Assembly (NCBI GenBank): GCA_963665115.1
Contig: OY762007.1
Coordinates: forward strand, 3,488,001 to 3,552,000
DNA: 64,000 bases
Direction of reading: 5' to 3'
Source of the DNA: an uncultured Rivularia sp.
GTDB taxonomy: Bacteria; Cyanobacteriota; Cyanobacteriia; Cyanobacteriales; Nostocaceae
In this document: one piece after another, positions 9,924-19,920 of the stretch
Layout of the letters: each line of letters begins with the position of its first letter
How positions within the stretch are numbered: position 1 is the stretch's first letter
The notes under the pieces: generated by a model
What the model saw: only the letters and a program-made list of their open reading frames with translations
Told to the model about the DNA's origin: nothing
Databases searched by the model: none
Made by a program: the position numbers and the translations under genes

Positions 9924-11360
9924 TTATCCCTTACTCTTCCTCAACTGATTGCAATTCCAAAACCCAAATATCAACCAAAAAGCTAAAACCACAGATGTAA
10001 ACAACAGCATCGGAATTGAACCATACCTAACAATTAAAGCCGGAGCAGCAGCAGTAAATAAACCACCTCCTAAAATTGGTTCAAATAATAACTGTTTATA
10101 AGCAAAACATTCAAAAGCCCCAGTATGGTTATCAGGATCTACCATTCGCAATAATAAGATACCAGTAGCCGTAACTCCCATTGATTGCCCTAAATCTCCC
10201 AAACCTCTTTCATTAGGGAAAAAAGGAATTAAGCGCGGTGCTAAAAATACATATACGCAAACATTCCAGACAATACCTGCAACAGCCAAGATTAACAAAG
10301 GAACAAAATTTGCACCCAAAGCAGTTAAAGAAATACTAGCCAGTGCCGTCACAATCGTTACATCCAAAGCCAATCCACCGATACGTTCGATCAAAGCACG
10401 ACTCACCATATAACTGCGATTTGTCCGCACTAAAAGTAGCTGTACCAAAATCCCGCCAATTAATGCCATTGGAAACAACGGTACGAAAGCAATTAACTTT
10501 AATCCGTCTCCACTTCCCCAAGTAATCGACTCAATAAATGCTAAAAACTGTAAAATTAACCAACCTATTGCAACAGCCAATCCGACAAAACCAAAGTTAA
10601 GCGATATCGGATCGATTAGTAAATCCTTAAATAATCTATCTCTAGCAACTGCAATGGATGGATCTTCTTCTGTATGGCTATGAATGCTATCTTCGTTACC
10701 CAAGCCGATCTCATCTCGACTTTGCACTTGAATTCTTCCGGTGCGTCTTCCCCAATCTATCAACCATGTACCAATGATAATTCCCGAAACCAGCCCAACC
10801 GTTGCTAAAGTTAAAGATAAATCTGCTGCTTCAGCAAACCCCAATTGTTTAAAAGTATCAGCCATCCCTGCCGACGTACCGTGTCCCCCTTCAAAAGCAA
10901 CTTCAATTAACGAAGCTGCAATGGGAGGTAATTTAAAAACTGGTGTTAATACTGTAATTCCTAGTATCAAACCAATGACGTATTGTCCCCATCCCAATAT
11001 CTGACCGAAAGCCGCTTGCGGTGAAGCTTGCCGCCAAATAGTCCCCCAACCGGGAATCATTTGTCCCAGAAACAAAGTTGCAAACACAATGTTTATAAAT
11101 ACTCCAGGGGATTTTGACCATACTGTTAAAATAGCTTCGGGAAAAATTCCATTTACTAAAGGAGAGTCTGCACCAACGGTAGCTTTAATCACCGCACCCA
11201 AAGCACTTGGTCCTAATAATAAGGCGATCGCACCTGCAACAACCGAACTAGGAATAAACAAAGATTTCAATATGCCGATACGCTGTCTGATAAAACGTCC
11301 GACAAGAATTAAAATGGCAATTATAGTGTAAGCCCAAAATACATCTATCAGTTGGAACAT
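9924..11360 (-). CDS. gltS: Sodium:glutamate symporter
   Basis: LFIPSSVVAG and FEGGHGTSAG motifs; multiple transmembrane helices. Confidence 0.88.
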   Translation of the reverse strand: MFQLIDVFWAYTIIAILILVGRFIRQRIGILKSLFIPSSVVAGAIALLLGPSALGAVIKATVGADSPLVNGIFPEAILTVWSKSPGVFINIVFATLFLGQMIPGWGTIWRQASPQAAFGQILGWGQYVIGLILGITVLTPVFKLPPIAASLIEVAFEGGHGTSAGMADTFKQLGFAEAADLSLTLATVGLVSGIIIGTWLIDWGRRTGRIQVQSRDEIGLGNEDSIHSHTEEDPSIAVARDRLFKDLLIDPISLNFGFVGLAVAIGWLILQFLAFIESITWGSGDGLKLIAFVPLFPMALIGGILVQLLLVRTNRSYMVSRALIERIGGLALDVTIVTALASISLTALGANFVPLLILAVAGIVWNVCVYVFLAPRLIPFFPNERGLGDLGQSMGVTATGILLLRMVDPDNHTGAFECFAYKQLLFEPILGGGLFTAAAPALIVRYGSIPMLLFTSVVLAFWLIFGFWNCNQLRKSKG

Positions 11361-11468
11361 TGTCAGCAGTTTTGTTGAATATTTATTCTTATATCAGAGA
11401 AACGGAAGAAATATTCAAACGATTATAATTACGATTTGCTTAAAATCACAATTACCTGGTAATTAATC

Positions 11469-12119
11469 ATGAAAAATTTACTATACAGATTAATCGGCTT
11501 AGAAATCAAACAAGAACCAAAAATTGTACTGTTTGACTCATGTGAGGCAGCTAATGATATTGCCTTTATGTTAGGTAGCGAACGCGATGATTGTAACGGT
11601 GTGGCGATAGACAAAGTTGATGAAATTGCGATTAATACTGCGGCAAATCTAATACAAGCAAAATGGTGTTATCAAGGTGCATCTCAAACGCTTTTGGAAA
11701 GATTAACAACCGAGAAGCTTTTACAACGTTATGCAATTGGAGATAGATATTTTTATAACGCTAATTTGAGGTGTGCGGAACTTTGTTCGCTTTCTTTAAC
11801 TGACATTAACTTGAGTTACGCTAAATTAAACCACGCTAATTTAAGTCAAACAAACTTGAGTAAAGCTGATTTAACGGCAGCAGATATTACCCAAGCAAAT
11901 TTAAGCGATTGCAACTTAAGTGAATCAATATTATTGAGAGCAAACTTGGAGAATGTAGACTTATCCCGCGCAAATCTTAGAGGTGCAAATTTGAATTATG
12001 TTTGTTTGAATAACGCTAATTTAACTGAAGCAGATTTAAGAGGTGCAAAGCTATCTTATACAGATTTAAAAACCGCTAACTTAGATGGAGCCATTTTTGA
12101 TGATGATTCCCATCCTTAA
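11469..12119 (+). CDS. Pentapeptide repeat protein
   Basis: Many A(N/D)LXX repeats after 'LLQRYAIGDRYF'. Confidence 0.9.
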   Translation: MKNLLYRLIGLEIKQEPKIVLFDSCEAANDIAFMLGSERDDCNGVAIDKVDEIAINTAANLIQAKWCYQGASQTLLERLTTEKLLQRYAIGDRYFYNANLRCAELCSLSLTDINLSYAKLNHANLSQTNLSKADLTAADITQANLSDCNLSESILLRANLENVDLSRANLRGANLNYVCLNNANLTEADLRGAKLSYTDLKTANLDGAIFDDDSHP

Positions 12120-12630
12120 AACCCAACGTTTAATTTTACGTGAATTTCGCGAATCAGATTTAGATGCTTATGCCGAAATGTGCGCTGATGAAGAAGTTAT
12201 GCGCTACATCGGTACCGGAAAAGTTTTATCTCGTGCGGAATCTTGGCGGAGTATGGCAGCAATAATAGGTCATTGGTACTTACGAGGATATGGTTTGTGG
12301 GCAGTTGAAGAAAAACAAAGCGGTGAAATGGTTGGTAGAATCGGCTGCTGGAAACCCGAAGGCTGGATTGGGTTAGAAGTTGGTTGGAGTTTGCGACGGG
12401 CTTTTTGGGGACGTGGTTTTGCAACGGAAGCGGGGCTTGCTTCGATTGATTTTGCATTTACGAACTTGCAGCAATCTCATGTAATTAGTTTGATTCGTCC
12501 AGATAATGCAGCATCGAGGAGAGTAGCGGATAAATTAGGAGAAAAATTACAAGGAGAAACAGAAGTTTTGGGAAATAAAGCTGTGGTTTATAGGATTAGT
12601 AGAGAAGAATGGGAGAAAATTAGGAATTAA
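12100..12630 (+). CDS. GNAT acetyltransferase, RimJ/RimL type
   Basis: LKTQRLILREF, EVGW..RRAFWGRGFATEA and N.ASRRVA.KLG motifs. Confidence 0.9.
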   Translation: MMIPILKTQRLILREFRESDLDAYAEMCADEEVMRYIGTGKVLSRAESWRSMAAIIGHWYLRGYGLWAVEEKQSGEMVGRIGCWKPEGWIGLEVGWSLRRAFWGRGFATEAGLASIDFAFTNLQQSHVISLIRPDNAASRRVADKLGEKLQGETEVLGNKAVVYRISREEWEKIRN

Positions 12631-12695
12631 GAGTTATGAGTTATGAATTAACAAATATTAATTATTACCTTTAACCTTTAACCTATAGTGAAATT

Positions 12696-13262
12696 ATGAC
12701 TCAAGCAACAGACAAAATCCGCTGGACAATTTCCGATCTAGAAGTTTTAGCAGCTGACGAGTGGAAACGTTACGAGATAATTGACGGGGAATTATTTGTG
12801 AGCCGCGCACCTCATATTCGTCACCAAAGTGTTGGTGGACGTATTTATGCTAATATCTTTAACTGGTCTGAACAAACAAATTTAGGTCAGCCGTTTATGA
12901 CTCCCGGAATTATATTTTCTGATGCTGACAATGTGATTCCCGATGTTATTTGGATTAGTAATGAAAGATTAGAGCAGTTAGTTGATGATGAAGGGCATTT
13001 AACAGGTGCGCCGGAATTAATTGTTGAAGTCCTTTCTGCCGGAAGTACAAACGAAAGACGCGATAAAGAAGCTAAATTAAAACTTTATTCTATTAAAGGA
13101 GTTCGAGAATATTGGATTGTAGATTGGCGATTGCGACAAATAGAAGTTTACCGTCGTGAAAATGCTAAGTTGGTGTTAGTCGCAACGCTGATGGAGAATG
13201 ATCAAATTACTTCGCCGATTTTAGCAGGATTTAACTGTAATATTCAGCAGTTTTTTAATTGA
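12696..13262 (+). CDS. Uma2 family endonuclease
   Basis: RYEIIDGEL, PELIVEVLS, DKEAKLKLY..GVREYWIVD. Confidence 0.92.
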   Translation: MTQATDKIRWTISDLEVLAADEWKRYEIIDGELFVSRAPHIRHQSVGGRIYANIFNWSEQTNLGQPFMTPGIIFSDADNVIPDVIWISNERLEQLVDDEGHLTGAPELIVEVLSAGSTNERRDKEAKLKLYSIKGVREYWIVDWRLRQIEVYRRENAKLVLVATLMENDQITSPILAGFNCNIQQFFN

Positions 13263-13417
13263 AATACAAAATTTTGACTAGCATTATACTAAATATTTGG
13301 ATTGAAACACTTGATTACGCACACATCTGATAGCCTATATAGTATATTTTTAGTAGTGACAAATTAATTCTAAGTGCTTATTTTTCTTTATACATTTTTA
13401 AAAACTACTATTTTTCA

Positions 13418-14402
<985 letters not shown>

Positions 14403-14509
14403 TTACTCTGTTTTTCACCACACTTTCTTTCTTCCGAGAGATTACAGTTTGAGGTTTTACAGCGTAAGGTTCGCTATATGAGACGCGATAAAAAAAGGGT
14501 GACAAAATA

Positions 14510-14857
14510 ATGGGAAACCTTAAGCAACAAAAATGCGATGCCTGCACGGGTGATTCACCTGCTGTCACAGAAGAAGAGATCAGCAAGCTCCACCCAGAGA
14601 TTCCCGAATGGAATATAAAGGAAGAAAATGGTGAAAAACGTCTGGAAAGAGTTTTTAAATTTAAAGACTTCAAATCTGCTTTGAATTTTACCAATAAAAT
14701 CGGCGAACAAGCGGAAAATCAAGAACATCATCCAGCTTTACTCACCGAATACGGCAAAGTTACCGTCATGTGGTGGACTCATGCCATCCACGGATTACAC
14801 CGCAACGACTTTATCATGGCGGCTAAAACAGACGAAATTGCTGCAAAATCCAGATAA
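14510..14857 (+). CDS. phhB: Pterin-4a-carbinolamine dehydratase
   Basis: AE.QEHHP and WWTHAIHGLH.NDFIMAAK motifs. Confidence 0.92.
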   Translation: MGNLKQQKCDACTGDSPAVTEEEISKLHPEIPEWNIKEENGEKRLERVFKFKDFKSALNFTNKIGEQAENQEHHPALLTEYGKVTVMWWTHAIHGLHRNDFIMAAKTDEIAAKSR

Positions 14858-15172
14858 ATGTCAATAGAAGAACTAGGTAAGGAATATTTACAGCTAACAA
14901 ACGAGGTGCTTCCAAATCTTGCAAAACAGCGTAAATTTCCCGTGCGATTTAACCACTGCTTTCAGAGAATAATTCTTGATAACCTATTTGGATGCTGTTG
15001 GTACGATGTTCTAGATAAAAGCCAAGGAGCAGCATATCAACAGCTAAACGCGACTCAACTTGAAAAAGCAATTTCTTTAGCTTCTTCAATCATTTCCCAA
15101 CCAGACGAATATATTCAGAAATTAAATCATAATAGCTTGCGCTGGCGAGGGAAACTCGAAAAGAAATTGTAG
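14858..15172 (+). CDS. Conserved small hypothetical protein
   Basis: FPVRFNHCFQRIILDN...LN.NSL.WRGK; abuts the phhB stop. Confidence 0.7.
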   Translation: MSIEELGKEYLQLTNEVLPNLAKQRKFPVRFNHCFQRIILDNLFGCCWYDVLDKSQGAAYQQLNATQLEKAISLASSIISQPDEYIQKLNHNSLRWRGKLEKKL

Positions 15173-15249
15173 ATAGATGAGAAAATAAACCATCAACTAG
15201 GTACAATTAACTGGTCACTGATAATTGTTAATTGATAATTTATTTAATT

Positions 15250-15534
15250 ATGTCGAAAGCAACTTGGAATGGTGCAGTCATAGCCGAAAGCGATAAAACC
15301 GTTGTTGTGGAAGGAAATAATTACTTCCCTCCAGAATCAATCAACAAAGAATACCTCAAAGAAAGCGAGAAAAACAGCTTTTGCCCGTGGAAAGGTACTG
15401 CTAACTATTACAACATCGAAGTTAATGGAGAAGTCAACAAAGACGCAGCTTGGTATTATCCCAGTGCAAAAGAAAAAGCCAAACACTTTGAAAATTATGT
15501 TGCTTTTTGGCGTGGTGTAAAAATCGAAGATTAA
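15250..15534 (+). CDS. DUF427 family protein
   Basis: KATWNG.VIAES, VEGN.YFP, CPWKG.A.YY and AAWYYP motifs. Confidence 0.92.
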   Translation: MSKATWNGAVIAESDKTVVVEGNNYFPPESINKEYLKESEKNSFCPWKGTANYYNIEVNGEVNKDAAWYYPSAKEKAKHFENYVAFWRGVKIED

Positions 15535-15666
15535 ATGCACAAATCTTCTCAAGAGAGTCATCTTTAAATGACTTCCGCTATTAGCCAGGGAATTACATTC
15601 CCTGGTTGTTTTGATAATGGTGGAAAATGTTAGGTTTAATCAAGCATCAAGAAGAAGAAATACCCC

Positions 15667-16303
15667 ATGTACGTCGTAATTTCCCCTCAAAACACTCAAT
15701 TGCCTCCCGGAACAGTAGTGCGAATGCCCGGAACATGGCAAGATTATTGTCAACTGCGCGATCGCCGTGGGGATGGTTTCTATTCCCAGAATTAAATATC
15801 GTGATGGCGAAATTTTACTTATGAGTCCTTTACCCAGACACGGGCGCGAAGCCCATTTGCTCGCTAGGATTGTAGAAACTTTACTTGATAGCGAAAACCG
15901 CAATTACGAAGCCTTCACGCCGATTACAATGGATATTCCCGAAGAAGGTGGGATTGAACCAGATTACTGTTTTTACATAGATAATTGGCAAGCTGTAATA
16001 GGTAAAGATAGGATTAATTGGCAAATCGATCCACCACCCGATTTAGTAATTGAAATTGATGTCACTTCTTACACTGCTGCTGAGGATTTTCTTCCCTACA
16101 AAGTTCCAGAAGTTTGGTTATTTAAGAAAAGCGGTTTAAGTATTTATGGTTTATCGGAAGATAGCTATCAACAGCGAGCGTTTAGTCGCTATTTTCCCGA
16201 AGTTGATTTGTCTGCGATTATTAATCAAGTGCTGCAAGTTGCATCCGAGCAAGGTACTGGTGTCGCGATTAGGGGTTTGCGGGAGCAGTTGAGTGGGGAA
16301 TGA
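15667..16303 (+). CDS. Uma2 family endonuclease with a +1 frameshift near 15769-15779
   Basis: ATG at 15667 gives MYVVISP...GTWQDYCQL; the protein continues in the next frame as PRIKYRDGEILLMSP...EPDYCFY...PPPDLVIEIDVTS. Confidence 0.85.
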
Positions 16304-16359
16304 TTAAGGACAAGAGGTGAAAATTTTGGAATTATCTCAAATTTTTTTAGAGAAATTAT

Positions 16360-16701
16360 TTGATACGCATTTATACCAAATCCATAAGAAAATATGGGAT
16401 AAAATTTAAACTATTACTCCAACCGCTTTTAGATATGTTAGCTGATAAGTCAGTTTCTGTCCGAATTTCAGTTGTTAATGCACTTGGATGCTTGAGGAAT
16501 AAACAAGCAGTTCCTTCACTGATTCAGCTTTTAAGAAATCGAAAATCTGGGATGAGAATTCAAGCAGCACAGGCTTTAGGAAAAATAGGAGATAGCGCAT
16601 CTTTGGAAGCATTGAGAATGCGTCAAAATGAGAGAATCACAGGACTTGAACTTCAGGTAATTGATAATACTATTAATTACTTGGAAACAAATAATATGTA
16701 A
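16360..16701 (+). CDS. HEAT/PBS-lyase repeat protein, probably a fragment
   Basis: VR..VVNALG and RIQAAQALGKIGD repeats; weak TTG start. Confidence 0.55.
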   Translation: MIRIYTKSIRKYGIKFKLLLQPLLDMLADKSVSVRISVVNALGCLRNKQAVPSLIQLLRNRKSGMRIQAAQALGKIGDSASLEALRMRQNERITGLELQVIDNTINYLETNNM

Positions 16702-16712
16702 TTAAATTTAAT

Positions 16713-18755
16713 TCAACTCTCCATCAACATCAACCTTCCTGCTTCCAACCTCACATACCAAGGAAACGGACGCTCTTGAATACAAACCCATTTTTCCTTA
16801 TAAATTTCCACCTGCAAATCATAATCTTCAAAATTTTTACAAGGATAATTCAGCTTCAGATATACACTAACTCTATGCTGGGTTTCACTAATATCAGCAA
16901 CCCAACAAGGAAAAGTATTTTCTTGATTACTATCTGTTGAAAATCTCAGGTGATGAGCGCGGATTCCCAAGTATTGTAAATTACTAGGAATCGGTTCTAC
17001 AACTGTCAAATTACAGTTCCAATCCAAAGCTTTAACTGTACGATTATCAACAATTTCAGCGCGAGAAATATTTTTACATTCGGTTACTTTCGCAACTACT
17101 AAATTTGGCGATCGCTCAAATATATTTTCTTTGGTATCATTAGCAATAACCTTTCCTTCCGACATCACCATAATATTGCTACTAACTCGATATGCTTCTT
17201 CTAATTTATGGGTGATAAACAAAGTTGCACCTTGATAAGACGAAAGCACTTTTCTCAACAACTTTTCAATTTGGTTACGCAGATAAGTATCGAGCGCCGA
17301 AAGTGGTTCATCTAATAGTATCGCTTCTGGTTGAATTACCAAAGCCCTTGCTAAAGCAACCCTTTGTTGTTGCCCACCGGATATTTGATGCGGATAACGA
17401 TTTTCTAAATCTTGCAACTGCATCATATCAATATACTGCTGCACTCTCGATATGCGCTCCTGTTTAGGCAATTCTTGCAAACCAAAAGCAATATTCTGCG
17501 CTACACTCATGTGAGGAAACAAAGCATAGTTTTGAAATAGAAAGCCAATGCGACGTTTACGACTAGGAAGATTAATTTTGCGTTTGGCATCAAATAGAAT
17601 TCGTCCATTCAAAACGATTCTTCCCCGGCTTGGCTTTTCCAATCCAGCAATGCAGCGCAAAGTCAGACTTTTACCAGAGCCAGAAGCACCTAATAATCCT
17701 AGAGTATTTTCATCTGCGGTAAAATCAACTTGTAATTGAAAGCTTTTTAAATTCTTTTCGATGTTAACTATAAGTTCTTTTATCTGCTTATTCTGATTAA
17801 ATATTTTTTTTATATTAGATGGCAAATAAGATAATTCATGCGGAGATAATTGACTTTTGCAAACTTCTTCTCGCAGAGAAGGCACGCTACTAAAACTACA
17901 AACCCCACCTGCATTAATCTCCCCAATCCCAAACCCACGCAGGTGGGTTTTGCCTGTGTAGCCGCGATTTACAATCGCCAGGTGCTTATTTACCTCTTTA
18001 GAATAATTTACAAAATCAACATCTCCAAACTGACCAAAAATAACAAAATTGATCGTTTTTCTAATTAAATTTGCACTTCCATTCCTATTTTTAGAAATAC
18101 GTTGCGACTCATCCCAAACGTGAATAGTCGCAATTACAGTTAGAGAAATCGCCACCATTATTAATACCCAAATCAAAGCCTTACGCATATCGCCAGCTTC
18201 AGCAGCAAAAAAGATTGCGATTGGCATTGTTTGAGTTTTTCCCGGTATGCTCCCAGCTAACATTAAAGTTGCACCAAATTCTCCCAAAGCTCTAGCAAAA
18301 GCCAAAATTGTCCCCGCGACAACTCCCGGCAAAGCTAATGGTAAAACAATCAACCAAAATATTTTAAATTCAGAACTTCCCAAAGTACGAGCGCAGTTAG
18401 TTAAATCGCTATCTATATGCTCAAAAGAGCTTAATACAGTCTTATACATTAAAGGAAAAGCAACTACCGTTGATGTAATAACAGTTGCTTGCCATGAAAA
18501 GATAACGCTGATATCCAACTGCGCCAAAAATTGTCCTACAGGGCTATTAATGCCAAATAATAACAGCAACAAAAAACCAACTACAGTAGGCGGTAGAACT
18601 AAAGGAAGAGTTAAAATACCATCAATTAATCCTCTAAATTTACCTTTGTATTGCTTCATCCAACCTGCTGCGGCAATTCCTAAGAAAAAAGCAAAAACAG
18701 TAGCAAATGAAGCAGTTTTTAAAGAAATCCACAAGGGAGATAAGTCAAATTCCAT
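16713..18755 (-). CDS. modB: Fused molybdate ABC permease/ATPase (ModB-ModC)
   Basis: LPLVLPPTVVG and FARALGEFGAT (permease); GASGSGKS, ISGGQQQR and LLDEP (ATPase). Confidence 0.92.
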   Translation of the reverse strand: MEFDLSPLWISLKTASFATVFAFFLGIAAAGWMKQYKGKFRGLIDGILTLPLVLPPTVVGFLLLLLFGINSPVGQFLAQLDISVIFSWQATVITSTVVAFPLMYKTVLSSFEHIDSDLTNCARTLGSSEFKIFWLIVLPLALPGVVAGTILAFARALGEFGATLMLAGSIPGKTQTMPIAIFFAAEAGDMRKALIWVLIMVAISLTVIATIHVWDESQRISKNRNGSANLIRKTINFVIFGQFGDVDFVNYSKEVNKHLAIVNRGYTGKTHLRGFGIGEINAGGVCSFSSVPSLREEVCKSQLSPHELSYLPSNIKKIFNQNKQIKELIVNIEKNLKSFQLQVDFTADENTLGLLGASGSGKSLTLRCIAGLEKPSRGRIVLNGRILFDAKRKINLPSRKRRIGFLFQNYALFPHMSVAQNIAFGLQELPKQERISRVQQYIDMMQLQDLENRYPHQISGGQQQRVALARALVIQPEAILLDEPLSALDTYLRNQIEKLLRKVLSSYQGATLFITHKLEEAYRVSSNIMVMSEGKVIANDTKENIFERSPNLVVAKVTECKNISRAEIVDNRTVKALDWNCNLTVVEPIPSNLQYLGIRAHHLRFSTDSNQENTFPCWVADISETQHRVSVYLKLNYPCKNFEDYDLQVEIYKEKWVCIQERPFPWYVRLEAGRLMLMES
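17931..17982. repeat. REP-like element inside the ModB-ModC linker
   Basis: AAACCCACGCAGGTGGGTTT...GCGATTTACAATCGC; same core as the intergenic copy at 7758. Confidence 0.75.
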
Positions 18756-18836
18756 ACGCAGATACTAAACTAATTTTGGATTAAGCTATATAATAAAAAT
18801 CTTGTGGGGCGAGCATCCCTGCCCGCTCACGATCAA

Positions 18837-19640
18837 CTAACTAACAATTTTAAAACCATATTTTGTAAAAGTATCCTTCGCGGTATTACTAAATAAAAAA
18901 TCAATAAATTCTTTAGCCGCTTCTGGATTTTTACTACGTTCAATTGCTGCTACGGGATAAATAATTGGTTTATGAGTATTATAGGCAGCAGTAGCGACAA
19001 CCTTAACTTTATTTGATATTTTGGCATCTGTAGCGTAAACAATTCCTGCATCAACATTACCCAATTCTACATAAGATAAAACTTGACGAACATCTTTGGC
19101 AAATACAGTTTTTGGTTTAACTTGTTCGTAAATCTTTAGATTAGTTAAAACTTCTCTTGCATATTGTCCGGCAGGTACGCTTTCTGGTTCTCCAATTGAA
19201 AATCTTTTGATATTTGAACCTGTTAACTGTTGAAAATTAGAAATATTAGTAATATTAGATTGTTTTGGTACAATTAATACGACATCATTTTTTAATAAGT
19301 TTTTGCGCGTTTCTGGAAGTAAAAGGTTTTTTTTATCTAGCTCATCTATAAACTCTTCGTTAGCTGAGATAAAAATATCAACTGGTGCCCCCTGTTTAAT
19401 TTGTTGAGTCAAGGTACCAGAGCCAGCAAAGTTATAAGTAATTTCAGTATTTAGATGTTCTTCTTGATAAGCTTCTTTTATTTCTTTCATCGCATCTTGC
19501 ATACTAGCAGCAGCAGATACCGTTAATATTTGATTTGTAGGGGTGGTTGATGAGATTTGATTGCAACCCACAACTGTTAAAAATGAAATAAGTATCCAAC
19601 TAGTTAAAGCAAAAAAACGTCTTTTATTTTTTATCTTCAT
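18837..19640 (-). CDS. modA: Molybdate ABC transporter substrate-binding protein
   Basis: LTVSAAASM, FAGSG.L..QI.QGAPVD.FISA and PESVPAGQYA motifs; lipoprotein-like VVGC. Confidence 0.95.
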   Translation of the reverse strand: MKIKNKRRFFALTSWILISFLTVVGCNQISSTTPTNQILTVSAAASMQDAMKEIKEAYQEEHLNTEITYNFAGSGTLTQQIKQGAPVDIFISANEEFIDELDKKNLLLPETRKNLLKNDVVLIVPKQSNITNISNFQQLTGSNIKRFSIGEPESVPAGQYAREVLTNLKIYEQVKPKTVFAKDVRQVLSYVELGNVDAGIVYATDAKISNKVKVVATAAYNTHKPIIYPVAAIERSKNPEAAKEFIDFLFSNTAKDTFTKYGFKIVS

Positions 19641-19841
19641 TCGAGTTTGGCTTGAAACTAACGATGAAAAATGCCACAAGCCGATAGTTGATATTCATAC
19701 ATAAATCTTAGATCGCATTCTGTATTAGAGATAACTGACATCATGGCAGAATACCTGTAACACAAATATCAGAAATAAATCGTAATTGAGTTAACACACA
19801 AATGTAGAGACAGAAAACCCATCTCTACAAAAATATTCCAT

Positions 19842-19897
19842 GTTTGTAGTAGCGCTTTAGCGCATCTTATCGGAGGCGCTAAAGCGCTACTACAAAC
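19842..19897. repeat. GTAG-type REP-like hairpin with 22-bp arms
   Basis: GTTTGTAGTAGCGCTTTAGCGC...GCGCTAAAGCGCTACTACAAAC; a smaller TGTAGAGA..TCTCTACA hairpin lies at 19803-19829. Confidence 0.85.
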
Positions 19898-19920
19898 CCT
19901 GGATTATAAATTGCTCACTG

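Noticed and set aside
9727..9948. 73-aa ORF (likewise 49595-49876 and 51940-52128)
   Set aside because: Chance frames through repeats or AT-rich spacer DNA with no recognisable protein features.
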